A stretch of 63,350 bases of DNA, the filler included, from Hyphochytrium catenoides (Eukaryota > Protista > Hyphochytriomycota): NCBI GenBank assembly GCA_900088475.1. It is 8 parts of 8 records of this genome, joined end to end, with 100 filler letters (N's around TTAATTAATTAA, not from the genome) between each part and the next. Parts side by side here need not be neighbours in the genome. Positions count along the whole stretch, not along the records: positions 11,659 to 37,580 come from FLMG01003830.1; 7 more parts are not named here. The stretch is one strand, 5' to 3'. The translations under genes were made by a program, and so were the position numbers. Below, one piece after another: positions 23,562 to 37,680 of the stretch. The stretch's first letter is position 1; each line of letters begins with the position of its first letter. The notes under the pieces were generated by a model, which saw nothing but the letters and a program-made list of their open reading frames with translations, did no database searches and was not told the origin of the DNA.

Positions 23562-26530
23562 NNNNNNNNNNNNNNNNNNNNNNNNNNNNNNNNNNAGAAA
23601 CAGCCGCACCTGTCTTTCTTTTCTCTCCTCTTCTCTTGGCGCCGTCGTCATCACAGAAGGAAGAGAGCGAATATCCAGCAGAACACTGCCTCCAGGACCA
23701 AATGTGACCCCACCCGCCTTGTGTCCCCAGCCGGGCCTTGCTAGACGAGCTGTCTAACTGGGACACCTACATAGATAATAGCATTATTTTTGGATCTCTG
23801 TCTTCAACCTTTGGACGTAGAGTGGGTGGGCTTGTCTTTTGGCTTTCAGTGTCTTTTATTAGTCTCTATCTCTCTGTCTGTCTCTCCTCTGTCTAGCACT
23901 GTAGTGCGCCCCCTCTGTCTTCCTCTCAACTCTGTCTCTCTCGCTCTTGTTACTCCAAGAAAGTCGCTGTTCGAAGACAGGAGAGGGAGGAAAGGGACAG
24001 CAGGACGACGCAGACAGAGAGGAGAGGGGGGACACCTTAGACAGAGGACATCGAGACAGAGGATAAGCCTTAGTCCTCATACCCACCTTTGGTTTTGTTA
24101 TTCGTATTAGGATGGGTGGGCTCATTGCAGAATATAGCAGCAAGAGATGTATTGAACCACAAGGCCGAGTTCAACAGGCTCCTTGGTCTGGAGGGGACAG
24201 AAGAGCTGACAGAAGCACCGTCGTCGGATAGAGATAAGAGATAAGCAGTATAATGAGGGTTGGAGACAAACCAAGCAGGCGACTTAAAAAAGAGAAGGGA
24301 CGAAGGCTCAAGGAAGGCTCAAGGAAGCAGAAAGAACGGGAAGACTGTATGAAACAAGCCTGGACGTGGTCTGCCCTTACAGAACTCTCATGTTTATTCA
24401 CCTCAAAATGAGGAGACAGAGAGACAGAGCGACTACTCTGCTCAACAATAAGGGAGTCGTGCTTTTAGACGAGCTAAGCGAGGGCACGAGAGAAAGAGAC
24501 AGAAGCAGAATCATTGATCCTTTGCGCTTGCAGGCAATAAAAAGCTAGTGCTTCCCTGTACAAATCGCTGGTCTGCTTCTTGGATGAATCTCTCACACCT
24601 CATCTCTCTTCTTCTAGTTTCTATGTTACGTCAAACTCCTGACAAAGAAGTGCACAATAACCTACAGAAGAAAGAGGTGACTGTCCTGTTTCCTATGATC
24701 TGGTTACTCATCTCATTGCATTCATAAGGGAAAGAAGGAATATAAAACTTCCATCCTCCCCGTTCTTTGGTTATAATGTGTCTGTCATACTGTGTGATGA
24801 TGGTCACTGCGGCTAACCAAACGCATGGCGCAAGGGACCAACCATGGAGAGCTCAATGTTAGGCCTTGATGATGCATCTTGGACCGCAGCCCAGTAACTT
24901 CTCTATGGAGTTTTGGCAGTTAGGAGTAACGAAATAGTAAGACAGAGTAAGGTGGTTCTTAGGGTTTCTAGGCTTATCTTCAAGCGACGAGAGACAAGAA
25001 TTGTCCTGTGAAAGGTATTTTCCCGCTGTGATTGACTGCTGTGACAGAAGAACGCCATAAAAACTTGTTGGCCGCCATGTCGCAGTGCTTGTCACGGTGG
25101 CTGCTGTCCCTTTCAGCCGCGCTGTTTGTACATCGTGGGAACTCCTTCCCCTTGTGAGACCATGAAAGGTACGTTAGTTGCATGAAAGAAATTAACGTTA
25201 TCATAAGATTTGAATAGGAACTAATGAAACATTTCTGACTGTATTGAATCGCCTGGAAGTAAGTCTCATCCCATCCACAGGTCCGCTCAGCCAATCACAC
25301 TGTACGCTGGAACGGCCAAATAGACCCGTTTCGTGACCTAAAGGTTATATCACACCCATCCCAGTACTGACGCTTAGAGTTTCAGCACCCCACCCGACCT
25401 CTCGTCTGTGTCCAAATAGGTTAGGGTGGCCTCGCGTAGCACAGCAGTCGACTGCCTGGACAGGTTAATGAAGAAATAGTCGCCCTCACGTAGGCTCGCA
25501 AAGAGCTTAGGCCTTCTAAGCGCCTATGCTCCCAAGAATTGGCGGCCTAAACCTAAATCTTAGTCCAGCTACTTTTGTACCTCTTCTAACTCTTACTCGT
25601 ACAGTAGGAATTAGATACAAATTAGGGAAGTGGTTTGTCTTATTTCATAGTTCTAATAAATGTAGGCACTCCGCAGACAAAAAAAAAGAAGGTTAGGAAG
25701 CCAGTTCAGGTCAAAAAGCTAAAGGTTCTACGCATTTGACAGCTGTCTATCAAATGTGCGACCTAGGTCAATATTCCTACAATGAAGGTTTGTATGGTCC
25801 TAACTAAAGAGCTAAGAGAGGAAAGAGGCAGCTTAACCTGCGAGACAGAGTGTCTCGAGAGATACGGTGGGACGTAGGACTACAACCCCCAATGGCCAGT
25901 GATACAGGAGCAGGACAAACCAAAGGACAGAGTTGGTTTGGAGAGACAGAGTAGGCGACTAACCCTAACGAAGACTGCAAAGAAAGAAAGCCTGCAGGTA
26001 CAAAAGGCTCTCCCTCACACACTGTCCGTTCAACAATCATCACCCGCTAATTGACAATACCAGACAGAGATCCGCTTCTAAAACGAGACAGAGTAATATA
26101 GAAGCTATGAGGACTCACACAAGAAAGAGATAAGGTTCAGAAGCAGTTACTTTCTGCAGCAGAAAAGCCGTGCAGGAAAGGTCCAATCCAGACCGCCTGG
26201 CAGCGCCGCCTTGCTGTCCGAAGAGCCAGAAGGACAGAGGAGTGTTAACCATGGGCGAATGGCGGGGAAGAAGGGGAACAAAAAGAGAGACAGAGGAGTC
26301 ACTTCTATTGCAGGCAAATGGGGGAGGAGGAGGAGAGTCCAACAAGGGACAGCGATGCTTTGGCTGTTGTCTTGCGTCTTCTGGAGCTGAAGGTGTTGCC
26401 AGGTGAGCTACCAGGTGGGGCAGGTCCGCCACCACTGATCGGCGAGGCAGCAGTCGCTGATGATTGGAGATTCTTGAAGTGCAAGGCGGAGGCCTTCAGA
26501 GCGGTCAATGCATGGAGAAGGAAGGGTGTG

Positions 26531-26849
26531 CTATGGAGTGGGATCTCTTCCCTCCTCTTCAGACTTTGGCTTTTTTGAACAGACGAACCTCCGTCGTCTT
26601 TTTTGCTTTTTCATAACCAGCCAGCTTGGTGCCCTTCCTGCTGTAAAGCTTGATGGCGGAACAAATGCATCAGAAGCTGCGCCGCCATGAGGCTTGAAAC
26701 GGCGCGTTGTAGACAAGAAGAAGAAGAGGCGCGCCATCTAGCCGCTGCAGGCGCCTTACTTCGTCCATTCCTTCTTCTTCCTCTTTTGTTGGTGAACTCG
26801 TCGTTTCATCATCTAGACCGTCGGTGTTGCTAATCTTGGACATTGCCAT
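26531..26849 (-). CDS. Possible small two-exon ORF (~80 aa) or degraded gene
   Basis: MAMSKISNTDGLDDE...GMDE with a GTAAGG donor joins in phase 0 to PHGGAASDAFVPPSSFTAGRAPSWLVMKKQKRRRR...TP-stop. No recognised family. Confidence 0.25.
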
Positions 26850-29800
26850 TAACCGTGAGAATCCCACGGGCTACCATTATTAGCAGGCGTAGGGAAGAGT
26901 AGGGAAGATTGGATGCACGCTCGTCCATGCGAAGGCGAGGGAGTCGGAAGTTCCACGGTCTCAGAAGAAGATGATGTTGCTTGTTCTATTCGAATCTTTG
27001 CTTTCAACTAACGTCCTGTCGCGCTCAACATTCCTGCATCCGGTACAGCCTTACTACTATTATAATAACTGAAGCTCAGCAGGGGTTTTCTTCCTTCTCT
27101 GAAAGCTAATGGTGGCAAGGAGAAGTGAACCTGCGACTGCCGAAAGAGTCAGTCCATTACATTGTGAGCCTCCCCCGCAGGAGGCAATATGCTCTGGCTC
27201 GTTCTTCTCAGCATAATAGATACAAGACTACAGAGTGGAATGGGAGGAGCCGGACCGCAGCTGCTGACAGTGCGAAGGAGAGAAGATAGAGTTTATGAGT
27301 AAGGTGCTTCCATCTTTGGAGGTCGAGCTTAGTGCGGTCATAACTTTACGCTGGCCAGTCAATAACAGAAGCATGGGCTGTGCACTGATAGTGATAGCTT
27401 CGCTGCCCTTTATAGGTAGTTATAAATGATGGTCTCCCACCAGTGAAATGCTGATCGTTCTTCTTGACATGTCCCGGCACGATTGCTGGCTCTTCCTCTT
27501 GTTGTTCGATAGTTGCCAGGGAATGGAGCGCGAGAGTCAAAAGGTAGTAGTTGGGCGGTTGGCTAGTAAACATTTGATCAAGAGGCGCTAAGTAATTGTT
27601 CTAGTGCGGGGTTTGTCCTGGCACTTCTTTTACCATACCACAGCCGGCAACTGCGCCTTCTCTGTCGTGAGGTTCGGCACAAGAGTGGGACGGTGCGGGA
27701 TAGCGACAGCACTCTAAGGATCGACCGATCCCGTTCTGGACACCTCTAAAAACTGATCTGCCATAGGTGCGCTTAATGTTGATCTGACCCGTCTCCCTGG
27801 TCTCCCTTAGCTTTTAACTTTTAGCTGATGGCAGGAGATGAAGGGAGGATGGCTCTCTCCTGATATTTGAGCTTCTTTGCTGTGGTGATCAATAGACAGG
27901 ACAGAGATTGTCTCTCAAGACCACTTTCTCCACATTTTTTGCCGCCTGAGACAGATTCTGACCTGAGTGATAGAGACGGGCTAAGAATTTGAGCCTTCTG
28001 ACCCTCTGCTCCGGCTGCTGTCCCTGACCATAAAACAAGGCGGATCAGAACCCCAAAGGCTTTTGTTCCCAAGCACTCCTCTTCATGTAGTAGCTGGATA
28101 ATAGTGATATGATGATGAGTCACGCTCTATTATGGCATGAAGACTTGTAGAAGTAGTAGGACCAGGCAGCGGGACATAATATGTATGCGGAAGGTGGAAC
28201 CATGGCGGACAGACAGGCGCTGTGAGATCAGCAGATTCGTGTTGTGGGAGGAGACTGACGTGGGCGGATCTGGCTCTCGTGTGTTGACACTATGGCCTGT
28301 GCTGCAATTTTTGTCCACCATACGCCCCGCACTATCAGCGGCACGTTCTCTTCTCACATTTCTCATGGATTCCATCGACAATCCCTCCCCACAAGACCAA
28401 GACCTCACCTCCACTGTGATGTGCTTAGATCCTCCGTGACCGACGACCTATTGACCGATAGTAACGAATGCGCAGGCTACTTGTGATGATCGCCGCTGGC
28501 TCAAGGAGCAAAATTGTGCGAGACGGAGAAGTCTCTCTTTTGCAGTTTCGGTTCTGCTACGTTTAATCTAAAGCCACAAGAACCGTGCTGATGGCTTCTT
28601 CTGTTCAAGCCGTGATTTACAGAAGAGGACTGAGGTGTCTGGGTAAGGAGAAGAAGACGAAAGGACAGATGGCTCCAGAGTCTCCATTGCGACAGGGGTC
28701 CGTCAGGAGAGAAGAAGACAAGTGGCTTGTGCGACAAGGAGTCCGTCAGCGTCGTCGGCTAGAAGAATAAGTAGATCACATCAAACAGCCAACCCCCCAA
28801 AATGATAGAGATAAGTAGCTATTGAGAAGACAAGAAGAAAGCCGCGAATCAAGAATGAGTCATCTCCAAGGGTAAAGCATCACGAAGGCCCCAATCATAC
28901 CTCGCAACTCTGTCATCGGAGAGCCAAGTTTGAGGCTGTGCGAGACCTGCACTGCTGATTAGAAAGATAATCCGACAGGGGAGAAAGTAGAGCAAACGCC
29001 TTTTTATTTAGGTATCGCTGATTAGTGGGGGAAGAGCTGCGGAACGAGGCAGCGATTCTCCTCTCCTACAGAAGCCAAAACCACGTGTCTCATTCGAAGG
29101 CAACTATGACGAAGGGGCTGAGAGCGTGACGTCTACCGAGACTTTCCAGCACAGCCACGGTGGAAGATCCAATCAGACCCGTCGCTCCAGCTCCAGCACT
29201 TAGCTAAGGCTCGAGAGTCGATTGAGGAGGACCGACAGACAGGCCAAAAGAGAGGACTCAGTGCGAGTAACCGAGTAACCAGACTTCAACACAGAGAGTG
29301 AGGGCTATGGAAATATGTTCCTTGCATGGGGCGGGCCAGGAGAAGAGAAAACGAACGGGCGCGGCAAGGAGAGAGGAGGATCAGAGGGAAGAAGTTTGAC
29401 GCGGTTGTTTGGCTGTGTTCTGCGTCGGACCGGGAATCTGAAAACTTCATCCCTCCACCAAATAATCATAACGTACCAAATATTTGATAACTAGGGAGTC
29501 ATAACCTATCAGGATATCAGGAACCTGATAATCACTATAGTTACGAGTCTGATCCTCTACTTATCATTGATTCTCTGTGATGCTGCTCTGTAAGTTCAAA
29601 GTGGCGGGGAAATGTTGGCGCGGGCCCAGAGAGGCAGACAGGGACGCGAAGACAGGGAGACAAGTGCGCCAAGACCTGTCTCTTCTTCGAAGGCAAGAGC
29701 CGGGAAGCAAGAGGAAGAACAGGAGAAGTGGGGAGGGGGCAGAGACTTGGGAGCCGTGATTGGCAGGGGAAGCAAGAGGAAGAACAGGAGAAGGGGGAAG

Positions 29801-30267
29801 AGGGCATAGATTGAGACGTGTGCAGAGCCGTGATTATTATGCGACGGGGGCCAAGACGCTCAGAGTTACGTGAAGACATCTGGGCTAAGGAAGGGGAGCG
29901 ACTCAGGCTCTGAAAGGAAAGGCTAGAGCATCGTGGTGCTCTTCAGAACACCATAACTGGCCCAAGGTGACCAGCATGACGTAGGTCTTGCCCATCGGCT
30001 TGATAGGCAGAGCATCACGGTGGTGCAGAACAAGGGCATGAGGAGCTGAACTCATGAACATGGCTGTTGCTATGCGCAGAAGGATCTAGCAAGGTGGAGA
30101 GAGTGAGGGACAGGCCTTCCCTGCCCAAGAGTCTTGCCGCTTGCTCACCTGGACAGACTCATGGGTCCCCTCCTCTGACGGCCACAAGGCTGTGACGTAG
30201 AGTCAGTTACCTGTCTTACTGCTCTCGAGCCTCCAGTCATCACTCGGAAAGAAAACTCCAACCTTCA

Positions 30268-33200
30268 ATGGCAGCAGCAGCGCTTGCTCGACCTCTCTCT
30301 GCTGCTGGAGAGGCTGGCACTGGCACTGGAGGGCGAATTCTAAGGCTTCTAAAGGTGTCAGGGACGGCGGCCGCAGCAAGCAGCAGGGCAAAAAAGATAA
30401 AGTTCTACCTTGATCTGAATAAAGAGATATTCTCAAGGACTGACGAGGGAGAGGAAGGATCCCAGCTCGGTAAGTTGGGGAGAAGCTGTCCGCCCTTTCT
30501 CCGTCCTCTTCTCTCTAGCACCCTGTCTCATAGCGCTCTCTCCTAAGCGGCTGAGTGGGGGATGCGCAAAGCGGCATCATCTCTGGCGCTGGGAGCCTAC
30601 GATGTCTTCCTTCTCTCGACATTCGTTACTACCTCCCGCCCATCACCTCGACTGCTCTCTCTCTTCCGCTATCTCTACCTTTCTCTCTTTCCTCTCTCCT
30701 CTCTCACACACACTCTCTCTCTCCTCTCTCTCTCTCTTGCTTTCTTTCTTGTTCTTTCCTTTCTTTCTCAACCTCTTTCTTGCTCTTCCCCAGCGCATAG
30801 TCTCCTCTCTCTCTCTGCGGGAATGCCTCGAGTCCTCGGCAATTTTCTCTTTCTTTTTCTCTCTCTCTCTCTCTCGCTTTCTTTCCCTTTCTCTCTCTCT
30901 CTCCCCCCCTCTCTCTCTTTCCCCCTCTCTCTCCCTCTCTCTCTCCCTCAATACTTCTCCTCGTCTTACCTATGTTATGTCTCCCCCTGTCCACTTGTAC
31001 CTCCCGATCTTTGTAGACAAGGGCGTTCTCTCCAATCTCTTGGATGGCTTTCTTTCAGACCTTAGGGAGACTGGCGCTGGCAGAGACGAGAGTGAGAGTC
31101 AAGTGAACATCTTGTGCCTAAGAGTTCTTTCTTACTTTCTCTTTGAGACCTCTATTTCCTCTCTCGTGGAGAAAGAACAAGGAGAGAGAGTCATTTCCTC
31201 TCTCCTGCACCTCCTTGAGACGACTCAGGACAAGGTGAGCACTTGAGGTGTGGCTCCGGTGTAAAAATGGTATAGGCCACTGCAGGCAAGAACGTTGAAT
31301 CAAAATTGGAGAGGGTCCAAGTACAGAGAGAAAAAAAAAAAGAGAGAGACAGAGAGAAGGAGAGAGAGCGCTAAAGGGAATAACTAAGAGCGAAGGAGCA
31401 GATCAGAAAAGGACAAAAAGAGAGACGGAAGGACGAGAGACCCGGAAAAGAGAAAGAGGAGTGGAATCCTTACTCCTAAGTCAGTGCAGCAAGGCAGATA
31501 GGACACCAAGGGCAATGTGGCCAGGCATGTGTGGCGATAGTCTCACTAAACTGATAAACCCTCTTGCAGGCCACATATGCGATCTGCCTCTGGACTCTCT
31601 CCGTCTACACTCTCCCGCCTCCTGTCAAGCTCCTAGAACCGTTGTTGGAGGCGATCATCCGCCCCAGAGAATCCTTTGAACCCTGCGAGGTGCTCAGCAG
31701 GACAAGAACTAAAGCTCTTTTCTGGACCTTCTCCCGCTTTCTAAAAAGAGAGAGAGAAACGGAGAGTGATAAGACTGCAAAGGATGAAGGAGCAGCTTCC
31801 CTGGTTCTTGCCGCGATGTATAAGACGATGAAGAATTGGCTGCCGCTTGTACTCTCCCTGGCCCTGGAAGAGGACAGAAGTACCCGCACAGCCGCCGTGA
31901 GAATCATCTCTCTCTCTTCCTTGCTCGTCCTGCGGCCGTCCGCGAGCTATTTCTCGGCACTCTTACAGGCTGCTGAGGCCGTGCGGGATCTGAAGCTCCG
32001 AAGCAGAATGATCCACATCATAGTCACTGCTGAGAAGGAGAAGGAAAGAGGGGAGAAGGATGGGGAAGCTAGAGATGAGATTGAGGGAAAGTACGAGAGT
32101 GCCTTTGGCGCCGTTCTCTCCGTCTGGTGTCTTTCTCTCCTTCTGTCTGCGTCCTCCCCTGAAGCTTTCTCTACTGCGGAGATAAATGCGTGGCTCTCGA
32201 TCCTTAGAAGAGGGTGTGACAGTCAATCTGCTGCCGTTAGGTTATGGAGTTGCCGCTGCTGGCCTTGGTTTATAGAGTTTCTTAGGAGGGAGAAAGACAG
32301 AGTATACCAAGGAGACACTAGATCAATGGCTGCGCTCTCTTTTTCTCTTCCTCCAGGGGAGAGACTCTTCTCTTCCACTTCCCGATTGAAGGTAATCGCC
32401 CTGCCAATCAACGCTCGAGCGCTTGACAGGAGCGAGAGAATCAGGAAGCAGAACGTGGAAGTCTGGAGAGAGATTATCCTTCTCATCTTACGTCAATACG
32501 CGGCGTTCCTCTCCAAGGAGAGAAAGGATGAAGCGACAGATGCCGCAGAAGCGAAACAAAGAAGATCGTCCTGCTCTAGGTGGTTCAACGCCTTAGTGGG
32601 AGAGACAGTCGCGNNNNNNNNNNNNNNNNNNNNNNNNNNNNNNNNNNNNNNNNNNNNNNNNNNNNNGAAGTGTTCCAGATCATTGGGAACCAGAGAGAGG
32701 GAAACGAAGCAGAAAACATAGAGGAAGTCGATCGAGCCCCGGCTACTGAGGCTTATCTCTGTCCAGAGCTGCCTGAGCTTCTTCCTCAGCCACTGTCTGA
32801 AAGTACGGGATCAGAAACACGAAGAAAGGTTCCGGAGGAGGAGTACATCTTCTATCATTCTCCCCTTGCGGCAGAGATGAGAAAAGCACGAAGAGACATC
32901 TCTTTTCCTTCTCTCCATACTGAGGCTGTCCAAGGGCTTTTCAAGGTCATTGCCCAGGTTGAGAAGACGCGCTTATGGACGCGGAAAGAAAGAGAGACTG
33001 TCGTCCAGCCACCTTCAACAGGAGGGAGAGCAGAGATGGTGGATTGGAGTATGGCAGAGAGAGAGCAAGAGGCTACAGAGCGATGTGTCTCTTCTTCCTC
33101 TTGTGAGGCGAAGCTGTGGTTGGCCCTAGTGTCTGCCGTCGCTCCCTCTTCATCTTCAGAATTCCGTCTCTCTTCCTCCTCGTCGGCGTCTCTCGTCTCT

Positions 33201-35295
33201 CCCTCAGGGCCTACCATTCTCTCATCTACGATCAAGACGGTGATGGACGACGAGATTCTGAGACACGGACCACATGCCTTAGTGGCCTCTCTGGATGCTA
33301 TCCAAGGCATGCCCCCAAGTCTTCTTTCTCTCCCTCTCTCCTCTCTTCCGTCAGAGCTGCTCAGTAAAATGTGGGCTGCAGTCGGGCTAGATGCAACCGC
33401 CATGGAGGAGGAAGACGACAGGGAATCTGGGGAACAGAGCAAAGCAGCCCCTGTGTCTCTCTGGTTTGCTCTCTGGTTAGTTAATATTGCCAGTACCGTC
33501 ACTGCCGCCACCGTTGCTTCATCTCAGCGCCTTTGCACCCCTCTCTCTGGAGATGGAGAGGAAAATGGGGAGGAACGGGGGACACACGACACTCATTCCT
33601 TCGTATCCTCTCTTTTTGGCCTAGGATCCTGCGTGAGGTACCTTCTGCAATTGGGTCTGAAGGGAAGACAAACGAAGGAACAAGGAAAGGCTGCTTTAGT
33701 CTTCACCACGCAGGCTCTCTTTCCTTCATGCTTGCAGTTGGTGTTACCCAGACCAGCAAGCGAGAAGTTGCTGGAAAGGGAAGAAAGAGAACGGCGGCAG
33801 TTTGTCCTGCAGCTTTACGATATAATCCTCGCGAGTCCTGTGCTGACTGAGCTGCAGGACAGTCTTTCCCGGTCTTCTCCCACTTCCAATGCCGTTCAAT
33901 GTCTTCCACTCCTCTGTTCTTTCGTTCTCTTCCCATTAGACTCCAGATTTACTGTCAAGTGGACTTCTTTACTACGCAGAGCAACGGGTTGGAAAGAGAG
34001 AGAGGGGAGAAAGGGCGGATCAGTACAGGTGATAGAGCTGCCAGCCTCGGGAAAGAGAGAAGGCCTTCAAGAGCCAGAAAGTGGAGAACTTTCGATGTGT
34101 GATCGATGGCTGAAGCTTCTCGATTCCCTCTGCCATTCAGTCTCTTTCTTCTGCTCGCTCCTCACATCTCTCGTCTCTCTCTCCTTAAGCATAGCTGAAA
34201 ATTCAAGCGACCACGACCTGCCTGGCCCTTCTCTTTCTCTTCTCTGTCTCCTTGCCTCACATCTATCGTTGTCTTCTAACCTCTGGAAAGCGGGGGGAAG
34301 CGGCGTCGTTCCCTCTACCTTCTCTCTCCTGGGGCGTCTGTGGAGAACTCTACTGGAGGTAGCCTTTGTCCTTGATAAACATTCGGAGGGCGCAGACGGA
34401 AGAGAAGGTACAGGCCGGAGGGTAGAAACCATGGGTCAGGAGCAGGAGAAGGAAACTGTCAAAGAAGTTGTGGCACTCTCTCTTCGGTCGCTCACTAAGC
34501 TCTGTGAAGAAGCCACTGCCAGGTGAGGGCGAGGCTAGCTATAGGTGCTTTGTTCCCTTATATCTTATCTCAGTTATACTCTAGATAAACCTTCCCGCCT
34601 GTCCAGTCTGATGGTCGGTGTCTCTCTCTTTCTCAAAATTCCCTCTCTTCTCTTGTATCTACTCGTTTCGGGTTTACGCTTTCTCTCTTCGTCTCCTCTC
34701 TGTTTATCTCCCTTTTGAGTCTGAATACTTCTGCCCTGTTTCCCTTCTCCTTAATAGTATGCCTAGGTGACAGTGCGGAGAGTGCACTTCTTCTTCAGCT
34801 TCGTGTTCATCTTGATCACTAATGCCTCTTTCTGTCTCTCTCTCTCTCTCGTTACCGTTCTTCTCGGTGTGTCTCTCTCNNNNNNNNNNNNNNNNNNNNN
34901 NNNNNNNNNNNNNNNNNNNNNNNNNNNNNNNNNNNNNNNCCTACCTTTAGGTCGGAACCTGCATCTCTCGCCATGTGGCTCTCTTTCTTGTCGTCACTGA
35001 TAGAGAAGACAGGGCTGATGCTTCTTCAAGGAGGCGGCGATTGGCTCGTCCTTCATGAACTCTTGAACCTTGGAGCTCTGCAGGCCGTGCAGGTGAGGAT
35101 TCCTCCCTTTTCCTATCTCTCTTTGTTCTCTCCCTCACTCTGCTCGTCCTCGTCTTTTCCTGCTTCGCATTTGTTCTCTTCTTGCTGCCATCTGTCGCCT
35201 TCCGCTCATTTTGGCTATCTGTGGATTAATCTTATCTTTCCGCTCTTTCAGACAGTTCTCTCTATCTTCTTTCTCAGTCCTCGCCCCCTCTCTTT

Positions 35296-35329
<34 letters not shown>

Positions 35330-36551
35330 TTCTCTCTGTTCCTCTGCGCCCCGCTATCGCTCTCTCTGTTATCGTGTACAAGCGTCCCCCATTTTACTGT
35401 TCTCTCTTGCTCCCAATGGCTTCATGTCTCATCCTTCTCCCCTATTTTCCCCGCACACCATTTTTCGGTTCACTCTCCATTGATTATAAGCGCCATTCTC
35501 CCGAGGAGTGGACAGCTAGGCCCCTTTCTGAGCCGCTGATGGCGATCACCCGCTTTCTTCTTCATGAGAAGAACCACGCTAAGGACACAAATGGACGCGC
35601 ACTTATCTCTCTCCTACCTCCAGAGCTAGCCAAGAAGTTCCAGCTGACGGACGGCAGAGGGAGGGAGAGAGGCCAAGAGAAGAGCAAGGGAGAGGGGCCA
35701 TTGGAAGATATATCCCCGTCGTCCAGCCCATCGCGATCCTCAAGAGGCAAGCGCAGTCCAGCAGAGCGGACGCCCCGTCGATCCTCTCGCCGTGCAGAGC
35801 TGCTCCTGCAGTCCGCACAAAAGACGCCTGTCCCCTCTTCCTCCCCTCCTTCCACTACCTCGCTCTCGTCAGCGCTCTCCTCTGGAAAGAGAAAGCGTCC
35901 GCGCTCTTCTCAACGCGTCACCTTCGCAGTAGAAGGTGCGCTCTTTGGTGCGGCCACATCTTCTGTGGCTGGTACACCAAATAAGAGGCTCCGCACTTGT
36001 CGGCGCACTCTCTCGGAAGGAGAAGAGAGGACGCTTCCAGCCGCCTCTTCCTCTGGTCTCCGCGGTAGGTTCCAAAGCCGAAGGAGACTCTTTGGGCTAT
36101 CAACTGACCTCTTTCTCTCTCTGTACTCTCTCTCTTCTCTCTCTCTCTCTCTGGGTCTCTCCCTCTCTCTCTCTCTCTGTATGTCTACGTTCTCCTTGAA
36201 GTAGTGATGGAGGTGGCGCCACGACATGGGAGCGGCCAGAGGAACTCCAACAGCAGGAGAAGTCCTAGACTTTCCCGCGTCGTTCAAGAGGAAGAGGACG
36301 AGGAGACCTCTGCCGCCGAGAGAGAGGTTGGGCGAGCAGGAGGAGCCCAGAGAGAGAGAGAAATTGTGGGGGAAGAGGTGAAGAGGACAATCTTCCAGCA
36401 GCTGGAAGGGGCGCGGAGGGAGCTCAGAGAGAGTCAGGTCGCGGGATGGACCACCGAGGAGCTTCAACTGGCGCTGCAGCTGGCGCAGGACGTTATGAGC
36501 CAACTCTGCGGCCTCTGCCTGCAAAACTCTCAGAATTCCCTTGCTTCTTAA
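30268..36551 (+). CDS. RIF1: Rif1 (telomere/replication-timing regulator), multi-exon, spans two plain N gaps
   Basis: HEAT-like Rif1_N signatures: ICLWTLSVYTLP, NWLPLVLSLAL, EINAWLSILRRGCDSQSAAVRLWSCRCWPWFIE and SRLKVIALPI. SP/TP-rich C-terminal region with RVTF (35914-35925), then a short C-terminal helical domain (EELQLALQLAQDVMSQL). Confidence 0.72.
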
Positions 36552-37468
36552 ACGCCCTGCTCTCTCTCTTTTCCTCTCTCTCCACCTCTTTGTGGGGCGA
36601 CAGTCCTCTCCTGTTGCTTCTTATAGACCCGCTCTCCTCTCTCTTTCTTTCTCTTTCCCTCTCCTCCTCCTTGTAGACTCGATCGCCCCACCTCCATTGT
36701 AACCTCCGGGCCTCTTAGCTATAGAGAGACGGCTACTTTGGCCCTCCTCACTCTCTGCACTATCTTCCTCTTGCCCCTGCTCCTCCGCCTGTCCCTCTCT
36801 TCCCTCTCTCACTCTCTCTTTCTGGACTCTCTCTTCTTGCTGTCAATTGTCCTTCCCTCTTTCTCACTCCTACATACTCTGTATGTGCAATATGTACGCT
36901 GCTGTACCGCTATCAAAGAAGCAATGGCTCTGTCTTCATAAGCTGCTTAAGAAGCCGTCTCTTAGTCTCAAAGGTGTCTCATCTCCCTCACAGCTCCCCT
37001 CATCTCCTCGCTCTTTTTACCTTCTCCATCACGCTCTGACCTCTCATCTTCTAGTTTGTTCATAGAACACAAGGCAGACAACATAGGAGAAGCCACGTAT
37101 GCTTGGTCCCATTGCCTCGCTCTCCACAGTGACCCCTCGTCTTCCTCTCGATGTCTCTGTCGCGCTGCATGTGGTCCATCTCTCTCTGCTCTGTCTCTCT
37201 CCCTCTGGCTGGCACGTTAGTCAGAGAAGCTCGACTGTCCTCTGTCTGGCTCATCTTCTGCTTCTGACCAGTGGCCCTGTCGCCAGGCAGACGCCGGACT
37301 CGAAGCTACTTTACAGGCAGACAGAGCGGCTATGCGGCGTAGGTTTGGGAGGTGGTGGATCATATTGTATTAGGTTTGGAAGGGAGGCGGTTAATATACA
37401 GGGGAAGGGTGAAGCCCCAATCATGATTTCTGACCTGACAAAAGCTTTCCGCTAATAATCATTCATCT

Positions 37469-37580
37469 TTTTCTCTCTCTCTCTCTGTCTCTCTCTCTCT
37501 GTCTGTCTCTCGCACTCTCTCTGTCTCTCTCTCTCTGTCTCTCTCTCTCTGTCTCTCTCTCTCTGTCTCTCTCTCTCTCT
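37469..37580. repeat. (CT)n/CTGT microsatellite at contig end
   Basis: Pure CT/CTGT run ending at the linker gap. Similar GA/CT runs occur at ~1233-1270, 11510-11558, 12305-12372 and 30855-30950. Confidence 0.9.
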
Positions 37581-37680
37581 NNNNNNNNNNNNNNNNNNNN
37601 NNNNNNNNNNNNNNNNNNNNNNNNTTAATTAATTAANNNNNNNNNNNNNNNNNNNNNNNNNNNNNNNNNNNNNNNNNNNN

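Noticed and set aside
25345-25400. CACCCATCCCAGTACT resembling reverse 5S rRNA box C
   Set aside because: Only ~16 nt of resemblance, and the flanks do not continue the 5S sequence.
32855-33511. 218-aa minus-strand ORF
   Set aside because: Antisense to a large RIF1 exon, with no independent motif.
11933-36551. Cluster of nuclear-function genes (CMSS1, HIRIP3-like, RPL17, SP-rich, YY1-like, RIF1) as a functional system
   Set aside because: Unrelated housekeeping pathways in mixed orientation. There is no evidence beyond chance without synteny data.
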